Below, piece by piece: positions 1 to 9,282 of a stretch of DNA of 64,000 nucleotides. Numbering within the stretch: position 1 is the first letter of the stretch; every line of letters begins with the position of its first letter. Both the position numbers and the translations under genes were made by a program. The notes beneath the pieces are model-generated. The model was not told the DNA's origin and made no database searches. It saw nothing but the letters and a program-made list of their open reading frames with translations. Origin of the DNA: Clostridia bacterium (GTDB lineage Bacteria > Bacillota > Peptococcia > DRI-13 > SM3-B62). The stretch covers positions 42,232-106,231 of the forward strand of contig JAHDQS010000001.1 of assembly GCA_018433675.1 (NCBI GenBank). Reading direction: 5' to 3'.

Positions 1-566
1 AGCTGGCCGCGGGGATGATGTTCTTTTCCCCTTATGTTCCTCTGCTCTTTATGGGAGAAGAATATGGAGAAAAGAACCCCTTCTTGTTTTTCACCGATTA
101 TCAGGACCCTGCTCTCAGGGAAGCTGTTTTTACCGGACGAAAAGACGAATTTAAGAACTTCACTTGGACAAAACCTCCCAACCCCCAGTCCCCCTCCAGC
201 TTCTACTCATCGCGTCTTTCCCCTCTCTCCTTATGGAGTGAACAGAACAAGGCCCTCTTTAATTTTTACCGTGATTTTATCAAACTGCGCCGGTCACATC
301 CGGTACTGGCTGCTTTAAATAAATTCGCTTTGGATGTCTCCATTTCTCCTACCACAAAGCTTGTTACTATCCAAAGATGGAACAAACAATCATCTCTCAT
401 CGGCCTTTTCAACCTGACACAAGAAGAAATCAGGCTGGAACACCCCCCCTCAAGACAATTGATTAACTCGGAATGGGAGCCCTACAAAGGAAGACAGCCC
501 GGTTCTTCTCCTTTTCTGCTCCCGGGCCAGGTAATAGTATACGAACACCAATCGGATGAACCTTAG
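1..566 (+). CDS. treZ: Malto-oligosyltrehalose trehalohydrolase (GH13), C-terminal fragment; the 5' end lies outside the window
   Basis: The frame is open from the window edge to the stop at 566. The translation LLFMGEEYGEKNPFLFFTDYQDPALREAVFTGRKDEF matches the conserved TreZ C-terminal region as I recall it. Confidence 0.7.
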   Translation, partial: LAAGMMFFSPYVPLLFMGEEYGEKNPFLFFTDYQDPALREAVFTGRKDEFKNFTWTKPPNPQSPSSFYSSRLSPLSLWSEQNKALFNFYRDFIKLRRSHPVLAALNKFALDVSISPTTKLVTIQRWNKQSSLIGLFNLTQEEIRLEHPPSRQLINSEWEPYKGRQPGSSPFLLPGQVIVYEHQSDEP

Positions 567-2494
567 TCGGCAAAATACCCTCTGATCTCATTGGCACCCA
601 TATTATCTATCATCTCTACCATGCCCGGAAACAGCGGAGGATAAATTTCATATAGGTAATGATACATCTTGGCCACTAGATATTCGCTATCAGGCCCCTC
701 GCCCCAAACCTTTTGCAGTTGGTCTGTGGCCAGATAAACTGCCGATAGGTATTCCTGTGTATGTTTAATGAAGCCGGATAAATCCATTTCACCTGTCGAA
801 GAATTGATCTCATACATGGCACAAGCCGCTTTTAAGGCCTTCTTTTGCCACTCTCGAACGGACTCAAAAATTTTGTACGCCCCGGTATAGTCACCACCGT
901 TTTCCCGTATATATTCATCAATTCCATACTTTAAATAATTTATTCTCCCCTCAATGAAAACACGCAAGGTCTCGCAAATACCCACAAGGTTTTTTCCGTC
1001 GATCCGTTTGATATTCTTTTTTAAAGCTAATTCCTGCGGTTTGCCTGCCAAAATCTTGCACAATACTTCACAAAGCAAAAACCCTAACAAGCAAGGTCTT
1101 TTTTGCCTACCCTCGGTAGGACGCCACCCCCAATTGCAGGCCCTTTTCATCAATCTCAAATACAATACGACCTGGGCATCCAAACTTTCTCCACGAATGT
1201 CATATTCCCTTTCTCCCAGTCCTCCTATGTCCACGGGAACATTCGTGGAAACAGCGAAATTGTCAAGCAAGGCATCAAATATCCCGCATAGGTATTTGCC
1301 GTTTTCCCAGAAAATATGAGGATACTTGTATATTCCCGTTTTCTCTGTGTCATAGGGCCCTACGCCGGTAACCCCCAAGGGGGGATAATGTCCGTCGGTT
1401 CTGAGAATCAACCGTATTTCAGGGGCCCATGTTATTTTATCAAATTCCACGGTAGGCAAATTCCCCAAACCTTTTTCACACAGAATATCGATATAGGCAT
1501 CGGGAGATAGGAAATGGACCCGGAACTCACCCTTCTCCTTTTCCAGGATATCCTGCCAGGCTTTTTCCATAATCTCCAGGGCAATATCACCAAAATCCAT
1601 CAACTCTAAATCTTGCACATACAGCAAAAGTCCCCCCTCGGGTGCTTTTCTTAGTTCCTCCATAAGAACAGCCCGGTAAATTGCAACCCCCTCTTCCATA
1701 CTAATGGGATACTTTTCCCTTTCGCTGCTCAAATACTCATTGTCAAAAACCGCAAAATCACCCAGCATATAACCCTGGGCTTTGACGTCCTCCCTGCGCA
1801 TCTTAGTGATGGGACGCCATATTTCCTGGGAGACCGGAAAATTCCGAGGCAAGGCCAGAATCCTCTTATCGGGGGTCTCTAGCCAAAATGCCCCATACTC
1901 ACAGTCACCTTCCCCTTTAATCTCATAGGCAACCTTCCCTTCCCCTAAATGAGGGAAAATGACATATTCAATGTTGGCATCCTCAATAGCAGATAGTTTG
2001 TCGCTACAAAGTGAATCTTCGGTGGGAAACAGGCCGTTATATTTGGGGTATGGGGCTTGCAGCACGTTGTGCAAGTAGCTCCTGTTCCAGGCTATTTCCT
2101 GGGAAATCTCCCGAGGCTGAAGAAGCGAGACATGGGTATGGTGCGCGTGTCCATAGAGAGGATACAACCTTCCCCGGGCGTAATCCTTCTTCATGCGTTC
2201 AAAGGCTTCCGGAAGTATGGATTTTATCTGGACCAACAGTTCATTGCTGTATTCCACGCTCAGCGGAGCATCAAGCTTATCGCCGAATTCACTGCAAAGG
2301 GAATAAATGTCCCGGCCTTCCTCCTTCCTCTTTTTAAGATAATTCTCCGTCAGCAGTCCTTCCCTCATCGGATTCTTTTCATCCAGGTATGAAAGAAGCC
2401 TCTCCGGCAAATCCCACAGCATTTCGTGGGCATGAAACGCTAAAATCACATAAACATCCTTCAATCCAAGGTACCCCTTCCCATATTTATTCAC
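563..2494 (-). CDS. Putative alpha-glucan-processing glycoside hydrolase (GH57-like suspected), 643 aa
   Basis: Long uninterrupted ORF with a 4-nt overlap with the upstream GH13 gene, sitting between alpha-glucan enzymes. The N-terminal VILAFHAHEMLWD motif resembles GH57-type N-termini. The family call is from recollection only. Confidence 0.4.
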   Translation of the reverse strand: MNKYGKGYLGLKDVYVILAFHAHEMLWDLPERLLSYLDEKNPMREGLLTENYLKKRKEEGRDIYSLCSEFGDKLDAPLSVEYSNELLVQIKSILPEAFERMKKDYARGRLYPLYGHAHHTHVSLLQPREISQEIAWNRSYLHNVLQAPYPKYNGLFPTEDSLCSDKLSAIEDANIEYVIFPHLGEGKVAYEIKGEGDCEYGAFWLETPDKRILALPRNFPVSQEIWRPITKMRREDVKAQGYMLGDFAVFDNEYLSSEREKYPISMEEGVAIYRAVLMEELRKAPEGGLLLYVQDLELMDFGDIALEIMEKAWQDILEKEKGEFRVHFLSPDAYIDILCEKGLGNLPTVEFDKITWAPEIRLILRTDGHYPPLGVTGVGPYDTEKTGIYKYPHIFWENGKYLCGIFDALLDNFAVSTNVPVDIGGLGEREYDIRGESLDAQVVLYLRLMKRACNWGWRPTEGRQKRPCLLGFLLCEVLCKILAGKPQELALKKNIKRIDGKNLVGICETLRVFIEGRINYLKYGIDEYIRENGGDYTGAYKIFESVREWQKKALKAACAMYEINSSTGEMDLSGFIKHTQEYLSAVYLATDQLQKVWGEGPDSEYLVAKMYHYLYEIYPPLFPGMVEMIDNMGANEIRGYFAD

Positions 2495-4740
2495 TCTCCC
2501 ACCGTTTGTGGTTCAAACCGGTAAATGAACGCACCGTAAGGCGGAAGAACGAATTCTTCCGGCTGCTCTTCTTGAATTTCCGTTTCAAGATACTGCTTTT
2601 CGTCATTTACAGAGACAGCAGGCAGGTCATAGATTTTTTCAATATCAGCCAGTTTGACCAACCTCTCTTGACTGATAAATTCAGTATTAAGCGGAACATC
2701 GTGTCCTTCAAAATTCAGCAGCACCATTATTCCATCCTGAGCATCCCCGCTTTTCTTGACCCGCCAGCCAACAACTTTTTGTCCCCCACCTTTATCGTCT
2801 TCCAGCCATGGTGCCGCCACCCAGGAAAACAGCCCCTCATCAATTGGATTGTAACCGCTTATCCTCAACTCTTCATATTGTTTTCTCAAATTAATCAAAC
2901 CGCATGTCCATTGATAAAACCGGTCTGTTCCCTCCGCAGCTGTATTCCAGGGAACCTTGATCCTATTCCTCTCTCTTTCAATGCCAAACTCCTGTCCCAT
3001 ATAGATCATGGGTTGTCCCAGTGCCACCATCGTGGAGAATAATCCCAAGCGGGCTTTTCTCTCCTTTATTTCCGGTGTCTGTAAATGGGCACCGCCGGTA
3101 GCTACCTCAAATTGGACGCTGTTCTCGTCGTGGCTTTCGCAATAGTTAATCACGTTATTGGTATGGGCGGCAAAGCTGTCTTTCCCAAAATAGAACATGG
3201 AGCCTAACTGTTTGGTATCATTGGGCATGTTCTCAAACTCTCCCTCCCGCAGCAGGGCTTTGACCTTATCATGGAACACATTGCACCACTGGGCGTAGCC
3301 GTTATATCCATCGAGGTTGATATCCTTTTCATTGGGCAGATTCTCAGCTATTAAGATCGTGTCGGATTTAAACCCTTTATCCTTGATTTCGTGGGCAATC
3401 CTCAACAGTAATTTATGATTCAAGAAATAACTGTGGGTTGCATCAAATCTGAAGCCATCGATATGGTATTCCTTGATAAACAGCTTGCAAGAATCGATAA
3501 GCATATTGTCAACTTCGTCCTTGCCTGTGGCCACCTTATTGCCCCACATAGTCTCCCCGGCAAAGTAGAACCCTCCGGTCCCTGAACCGTCATCAATCAA
3601 ATTCCAAAGGGGATTATATTCGTTTGAAGTATGATTAAAAACCTGATCAATAATTACCGCGAGCCGGTGTTTATGGGCTTCGTTAACCATCTGTCGAAAA
3701 TCATCGGGTGTTCCAAAATCCTTTTCCACTGCCATAAAGGTACAAGGTTCATACCCCAACCCACGTTTCACGGGCACTTCTGCCGTAGGCATCAAAGCCA
3801 GTACGTTTACGCCCAGTCTTTCAAAATACCCTTCTTGTATCCTCTTGGTAACGCCTTTAAACGTTCCCTGGATTTCATCGGGAATGTCCGCATCATTATC
3901 GGTAAACCCGTAGATGTTCAACTCATAGAGTATTAAATCCTTAATGTCGGGCGTTTTCCAATCTTGATCGGTCCAAGAAAATTCTCTTGGGTTTACCACT
4001 ACCGCATTCCGATATTTGTAATCCTCGCTGAAAACCCTGGTATAAGGGTCAACCACATATTTGTCCATCTCGGTCGATCCGCCCTGCAGATAGAACTTAT
4101 ATTCTATTACCATGTCCTTGTCAAGGGGTTCAATCCGTGCCAGCCAAATATTAGGCTGGTAATAATAGCCTCGATATAAGTCCATTTCGATAAAGCTCTT
4201 TTTCCTGGGCTTGGCATGTCCCGGACACTGCCAATCATTAATGGTTCCTGTTAAAAAGACCCGGGCAGCCCGGGGATGGAAAAACCCGAACAGGATAGAA
4301 CCGTCAGTGAGGAGATTGGCACCCAGCAGAGAAGGTATGCCCAATCCGGAAACATCCGTATCGGGAATATAGTGGTTCTCAGTAGGAAGCAGGTGCCGGA
4401 TTTTTTCATAGTATTCCTTTAAATCGCCCACCGGCTCGGCGGGACGAACATGATAAATGTTATGCCTGTCGGCCCTTACCCAGATCTCGTCTCCCATCTC
4501 CCGGTGAAAGACCCTGTTGACATCAGCAGGCTCCCAGCGAACATCCTGCCCTTTCCCATCCTTGAATAACAGATTGAAACTGCTGCGGTTATACTTCATG
4601 TCATAAAACACACCGAAATCATCCTGTCCGCTGACGGAGACCTCCCTTTCCAAAGTAGCTCCGTCGCTGACCCAAACCCACATGACAGGCTCCAGAAAAC
4701 CGTTGCCGTTATCGTAATGAACTCTGATACTGTGCGTCAT
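2491..4740 (-). CDS. GH13 alpha-amylase-family enzyme with an N-terminal CBM48-like domain (pullulanase / debranching / branching type), 749 aa
   Basis: All four GH13 conserved regions are readable: DQVFNH (I), GFRFDATH (II), LIAENL (III) and YCESHDE (IV). Confidence 0.8.
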   Translation of the reverse strand: MTHSIRVHYDNGNGFLEPVMWVWVSDGATLEREVSVSGQDDFGVFYDMKYNRSSFNLLFKDGKGQDVRWEPADVNRVFHREMGDEIWVRADRHNIYHVRPAEPVGDLKEYYEKIRHLLPTENHYIPDTDVSGLGIPSLLGANLLTDGSILFGFFHPRAARVFLTGTINDWQCPGHAKPRKKSFIEMDLYRGYYYQPNIWLARIEPLDKDMVIEYKFYLQGGSTEMDKYVVDPYTRVFSEDYKYRNAVVVNPREFSWTDQDWKTPDIKDLILYELNIYGFTDNDADIPDEIQGTFKGVTKRIQEGYFERLGVNVLALMPTAEVPVKRGLGYEPCTFMAVEKDFGTPDDFRQMVNEAHKHRLAVIIDQVFNHTSNEYNPLWNLIDDGSGTGGFYFAGETMWGNKVATGKDEVDNMLIDSCKLFIKEYHIDGFRFDATHSYFLNHKLLLRIAHEIKDKGFKSDTILIAENLPNEKDINLDGYNGYAQWCNVFHDKVKALLREGEFENMPNDTKQLGSMFYFGKDSFAAHTNNVINYCESHDENSVQFEVATGGAHLQTPEIKERKARLGLFSTMVALGQPMIYMGQEFGIERERNRIKVPWNTAAEGTDRFYQWTCGLINLRKQYEELRISGYNPIDEGLFSWVAAPWLEDDKGGGQKVVGWRVKKSGDAQDGIMVLLNFEGHDVPLNTEFISQERLVKLADIEKIYDLPAVSVNDEKQYLETEIQEEQPEEFVLPPYGAFIYRFEPQTVGE

Positions 4741-4841
4741 TTCATCTACCCCCGTATGTGCGCAGAAAATTAGTTATTAACCCTATTTTTTGCTGCATTG
4801 GCTTTTTTATTCGTGCCAACCAAATGCTTTCATCACCACAT

Positions 4842-4865
4842 AAAGAAAACTTGGCTTGCGCCAAG
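4842..4865 (-). terminator. Candidate intrinsic terminator
   Basis: Minus-strand RNA reads CUUGGC-GCAA-GCCAAG (6-bp stem, GNRA loop) followed by UUUUCUUU. It lies downstream of the res cassette and upstream of the GH13 start. Confidence 0.5.
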
Positions 4866-4916
4866 CCTTAAGGCGCAGGCGGAAGCCTTAGTTGCACTTA
4901 TACTTTCTGAAAGTAC

Positions 4917-4941
4917 AAAAAAGCCCGGGAAAATTCCCCGG
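4917..4941 (-). terminator. Candidate intrinsic terminator downstream of res
   Basis: Minus-strand RNA reads CCGGG-GAAUUUU-CCCGG followed by GCUUUUUU. The GC stem is short (5 bp). Confidence 0.45.
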
Positions 4942-5116
4942 TTTGAACTGAATTATGAATACTAATTGACAAATGTTATCATATAAATCCAACATATCCC
5001 GTTTTGAAAGCGGAGCTTATAACCCTTCACTGGATTTTGTCACTAAAATCGTCCGTAGCCTTGGCAAGGAAATCCATATTACAATTAACTGAATCGGGCA
5101 GTAGACAAACACGGTT

Positions 5117-8100
5117 TCAACACATTACCTTATCCAATAACGCCGCATAGCCGTCCACCACGTCATACACAACCGAATCTGTACTGATGGCTTTAAAATG
5201 TTCGCGGGCACAATGGACTTTTGCTTCTTCGACCATACGCAGTTGCATAGTGGACATGGAGCCTTTTGTCTCTGCAACAAAGTAGATATGCTTCACTTTA
5301 CCCTCATGAAAGGCTATCGCCCAATCCGGGTTATATTTCCCTACCGGAGTACTGATAAAAAAACCGCTTGGCAGCTTCACATATACCGCAACTTCGTTGC
5401 TGGTATCAACGCTTTCCGCAAAGGTTCTCTCCTTTGCGGAGTCATAGATGATGTGGTCATAGAGATGCTTTTTTGCCGCCATTGCGTTTACTCCAAGCTC
5501 TCCTTTTAGTGTCGGCTCAGTGAAAATAATAGTGTCATATACTGCATCCAGCTTATTATAAGTAATATGCTGGATTATTGTCGTCGCTTTTTGCTCGTTT
5601 ATAATCTGTGCTGCTTTGATTATAAATTCCTCAGGATTCGTAGCAAATTGATGGAATACTGTCTTTTCGATACCACGCAGGATACTCACAACCGCTTTTC
5701 GGGTAAGCCCGGTTTCGGTGACTGCTTTATCGATAAGATCATATTTTACTGCGCTATTTGCGGAGACTTTAGCTTTGTAAACCTCATTTTCCTCCCTCAC
5801 AAAGGCAGTTCCCTCCCGCAGTTGTTCACGTGATTGAATGTCTGTCATCGTGCCGGTTTCAACCTTGAAAAATATTTTGGAAACACGAAGCTCACGATTC
5901 AGTGCCGCTATCGCTTTCCGAATTAATTCGTTCTGATCAAACTCCACCACATATGCAGATTTGACGTTAATATTTGCCCATAATTTTTGGAATTCAGGCA
6001 AGCCCAGTTTGGATTTGTCGATCTTTAATTCAACATTGTTTTTCCGCGCATTCTCAGGCTGCATAGCTCGACTGTCATAAATAGAATCGAGAATCGCTAT
6101 TATGGAATCTTTGCAATCCACAGCTTCTTCCGCGATTTCTATCTTACCATTTGTTTTATCCTCATAATATTTATCTGTAAGGATTCCTTTCTTTACATAT
6201 CCGCAAGTAATAAGCCCCTCGTAAATACTCTGCGCAAGATCGATATCTACGACCTGCTCAACTCCATTAATATCTTTAATGACCTTGTTCTTGAATAAAT
6301 CTACCGTCACCATACGAGGCCGGTCGGCTACTGCCTCAGCAAGCTCGCTCTGGAGACCCTTGGCAAAGCTGTCATAACTTTCATTGGCAACAACAGTTAG
6401 GACATTCACGTTATGAACATCCTGGCCCAGCAAGTTCGAATCCATGCGTTCTCCGCTTTGGTTTACAGATAACCGCAATCCACGCCCGACTTCCTGACGT
6501 CTGCGAACATCACTGCCACTCTGCTTAAGGGTACATATCTGAAACACGTTGGGATTATCCCAGCCTTCGCGCAGAGCAGAGTGAGAGAAAACAAACCTCA
6601 CCGGCTCACGCCGATCCAACAGGCGCTCTTTGTTTTTCATTATCAGATCGTAAGCGTTCACATCGTCGGAGGTGCGCTCCCGTCTATCGCCTAATTTGCT
6701 ATCTATCATACGCTGGCTTTTTTTATCTATGGAAAAATAGCCTGTATGTGTTTCCTCCTGTCTTATTCTGTCAAGATATTTCAGATATCCATCGCTATCG
6801 CCGATTGCAAGCTGAAGATTGCCAATAACTTGCTTGTATTCTTCCTCGAACATATCTGCATACAAGCCGTTAAAAGCTTGCCCGGTGTCATCATATTGCC
6901 TGTATTTTGCGACCTCGTCAATAAAAAATAATGATAGTACCTTAATGCCTTTATAGAACAACTGCCGTTCCCGCTCAAGGTGAGAGAGGATGGTCTCGCG
7001 CATTTGGATGCGCCTAAGTTGATCCTCGCTGACCGCCCCGATTACTTCACCTGCAAAAACCTTGATGCCGTTAGTGAACTCGATGGAACTGTCTCTTCCG
7101 TCAATCTTCAACACGGTATAACCGTTTTTATATTCTGCCAGTTCACCGGAATTGGGGAACAAGTTATATCCCTCTCCAACTATCCGTGTTGCTTTGCGGA
7201 CACCGTTCGCTCCCTTCACGTCAAACTCGATGGTGGCAGTAGGATTGCCCTTGGAGAGATTGATTCCTTCAAGGTACACATATCCTTCGGTTGCTGTAGT
7301 ACCCGTAACGGAAATTCCTTTAACGGCAATCTTTTTGACCAGCTTTTTGTTATATGCCTCCATCGCGTCAAGGCGGTAAACCATATTGTATACGCTGTCT
7401 TTCTTGTGTGTCGCGGAATAGCGCAAAGTGAATAACGGATTAAACTCTTTTAAGCGCTCCTTGGTGGCAGCACCTTCTACCGACTGAGGCTCATCAATAA
7501 TCAAAATGGGATTCGTTTTCGCCAGAATATCTATAGGCTTGCGGCTTCTGAATTCATCCAGCTTCATGTAAATGCGGCGGGCATCCTTGCCACGGGCGTT
7601 AAATGCCTGCGAATTGATAATCATTACATTGATGGAACTATCGGAAGCAAAGCGATCTATCTCAGTCAGCTGCGCCGAATTATAGATGAAATAGCGGATT
7701 TTCTTTCCATATTCCTCTGCAAAATGTTCCTCTGTAATCTGAAACGACTTATACACGCCCTCGCGTATGGCGACACTAGGCACAACGACAATGAACTTGC
7801 TCCAGCCATACCGCTTGTTGAGTTCATACATGGTCTTGATATATGTATATGTTTTCCCAACACCGGTTTCCATTTCCACAGTCAGATTATACCGACCCTC
7901 CATTTGCTTGGAAGGCTCAATTTGATTGCTGCGCTGGATTTTGTTGATGTTTTCAAGAATAACTCCATCGTTCAATTCCGGCACAATCCTGAAATTACCA
8001 AAACCAGTAAAGCGCTCCGCTTCATCAAGTGTCATCTGTTCGTTTCTTATATAGCCCTTGTCCATCATATAGCTGGGCGTAAGATAAGGCTGTCCGGCAA

Positions 8101-8164
8101 AAACATCGCATACGGCTTTTGCCGCATCCGCCTGGAATTTTTGGTGCTTGAACTGCAGCTTCAT
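5117..8164 (-). CDS. Type III restriction Res-like helicase-nuclease (SF2 helicase plus C-terminal PD-(D/E)xK-like nuclease), 1015 aa
   Basis: Readable motifs: METGVGKTYTY (motif I), IIDEPQ (motif II), REGWDNPNVF..QEVGRGLRL (helicase C / motif VI) and a C-terminal YNPDW..FVAETKG nuclease-like motif. Its ATG overlaps the rhuM stop (ATGA at 8161-8164). Confidence 0.85.
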   Translation of the reverse strand: MKLQFKHQKFQADAAKAVCDVFAGQPYLTPSYMMDKGYIRNEQMTLDEAERFTGFGNFRIVPELNDGVILENINKIQRSNQIEPSKQMEGRYNLTVEMETGVGKTYTYIKTMYELNKRYGWSKFIVVVPSVAIREGVYKSFQITEEHFAEEYGKKIRYFIYNSAQLTEIDRFASDSSINVMIINSQAFNARGKDARRIYMKLDEFRSRKPIDILAKTNPILIIDEPQSVEGAATKERLKEFNPLFTLRYSATHKKDSVYNMVYRLDAMEAYNKKLVKKIAVKGISVTGTTATEGYVYLEGINLSKGNPTATIEFDVKGANGVRKATRIVGEGYNLFPNSGELAEYKNGYTVLKIDGRDSSIEFTNGIKVFAGEVIGAVSEDQLRRIQMRETILSHLERERQLFYKGIKVLSLFFIDEVAKYRQYDDTGQAFNGLYADMFEEEYKQVIGNLQLAIGDSDGYLKYLDRIRQEETHTGYFSIDKKSQRMIDSKLGDRRERTSDDVNAYDLIMKNKERLLDRREPVRFVFSHSALREGWDNPNVFQICTLKQSGSDVRRRQEVGRGLRLSVNQSGERMDSNLLGQDVHNVNVLTVVANESYDSFAKGLQSELAEAVADRPRMVTVDLFKNKVIKDINGVEQVVDIDLAQSIYEGLITCGYVKKGILTDKYYEDKTNGKIEIAEEAVDCKDSIIAILDSIYDSRAMQPENARKNNVELKIDKSKLGLPEFQKLWANINVKSAYVVEFDQNELIRKAIAALNRELRVSKIFFKVETGTMTDIQSREQLREGTAFVREENEVYKAKVSANSAVKYDLIDKAVTETGLTRKAVVSILRGIEKTVFHQFATNPEEFIIKAAQIINEQKATTIIQHITYNKLDAVYDTIIFTEPTLKGELGVNAMAAKKHLYDHIIYDSAKERTFAESVDTSNEVAVYVKLPSGFFISTPVGKYNPDWAIAFHEGKVKHIYFVAETKGSMSTMQLRMVEEAKVHCAREHFKAISTDSVVYDVVDGYAALLDKVMC

Positions 8165-9216
8165 TTATCATCACCTGTCTTCTTGGCTTGCTCTTCGAGC
8201 TCTGTTAAATATTTGTCGTAATCGGACATAAAGAGCCTGTCCTGAACAATACGGTACTTCTCAAATTCGCTTTCAGCATGAGATTTGGCAATCTCTGCGG
8301 TAATTTGCCCCGTTTTCTTCAGAATTGCATGGTCATCAGCTTGTAAGAATATATCGAGTCGCTTTGCCCAATCTTCCATTGTCATCGGGATACGCCGTCT
8401 GGCTCTGTTCTCCGCAAGGTCAAGATACGCTGATACAATCAGTTGAAGGGAGCGCATCTCATCTTCGGAAAGATAGTTTTTAGCTATTGAAACATCGCTC
8501 CTGATGATTTTACCGTCCGGTGCATCTTTCCAAGTAGTAAGCCCCATATAAGGCTTTTTAGCATCGGCACGTTTGTATATTACTTCTGCCGCTGTATTGC
8601 CATGAACAGCAAAGTGCATCTTATTTTGTACTTTTGCAAAAAATTCTTTTGTCGTCTTGGCTGATTTATCATAATCGAGGGCAGTAGCGTAAATATCGGT
8701 AATTTTTTGATAGAATTTCCGTTCGCTAAGACGTATCTCACGAATTTTTTCAAGCTGTTCCTCAAAATATTTGTCAGTGAGGATACTGCCACCATTTTTA
8801 AGACGTTCGGAATCCATAACCCAGCCTTTTATCGTATATTGCTCTACGATCTGGTTTGCCCAAACACGAAAGCGAACAGCCCGTTGATTGTTGACCTTAA
8901 ACCCAACGGCAATAATCATTTGCAGATTATAATGGTTTGTATCATACTGCTTACCATCAGCAGCAGTTATTAAGTATTTCTTAATAACTGCATCCGGCTC
9001 CAATTCACCGTCATCAAAAACCTTTTTGATATGCTGGTTGATAGCGGAAACAGACACATCGTACAACGTAGCCATCATCTTTTGCGTCAGCCAGATATTT
9101 TCTTCCTCATACCGCATTTCAAAGCTATCCTGACTGTCGCCTGTTGATGCTACAAAAGTCAGGTATTCGGCGGCGGAACTTCTGATTGTTATTTCGTTTT
9201 TCCTTTTCTTTGCCAT
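8161..9216 (-). CDS. RhuM-family protein, 351 aa
   Basis: The translation (IRSSAAEYLTF..ENIWLTQKMMATLYDVSVSAINQHIKKVF..NLQMIIAVGFKVNNQRAVRFRVWANQ) matches the RhuM family as I recall it. An AAGGGGG RBS precedes the ATG. Confidence 0.8.
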   Translation of the reverse strand: MAKKRKNEITIRSSAAEYLTFVASTGDSQDSFEMRYEEENIWLTQKMMATLYDVSVSAINQHIKKVFDDGELEPDAVIKKYLITAADGKQYDTNHYNLQMIIAVGFKVNNQRAVRFRVWANQIVEQYTIKGWVMDSERLKNGGSILTDKYFEEQLEKIREIRLSERKFYQKITDIYATALDYDKSAKTTKEFFAKVQNKMHFAVHGNTAAEVIYKRADAKKPYMGLTTWKDAPDGKIIRSDVSIAKNYLSEDEMRSLQLIVSAYLDLAENRARRRIPMTMEDWAKRLDIFLQADDHAILKKTGQITAEIAKSHAESEFEKYRIVQDRLFMSDYDKYLTELEEQAKKTGDDK

Positions 9217-9282
9217 ATCGCCTAACCCCCTTTACAGCACTTTCGCGCTCGTATTCAGTGCAAACAGCTTAAACCCCATCCT

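Noticed and set aside
2389-3042. A 217-aa plus-strand ORF, and similar ones at 954-1319, 2011-2392, 3631-3936 and 3964-4179.
   Set aside because: All are antisense to long minus-strand genes with clear GH13 or GH-family motifs. They have no RBS and low-complexity translations, so I treat them as shadow ORFs.
4966-4971. A plus-strand TTGACA hexamer in the spacer downstream of res.
   Set aside because: There is no acceptable -10 at 16-19 nt spacing and no plus-strand gene or structured element downstream.
6434-6443. GTTCGAATCC, a tRNA T-arm-like decamer.
   Set aside because: It lies inside the res coding frame. The flanking sequence cannot be folded into acceptor, D or anticodon stems, so it is a chance match. 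I found no tRNA in the window.
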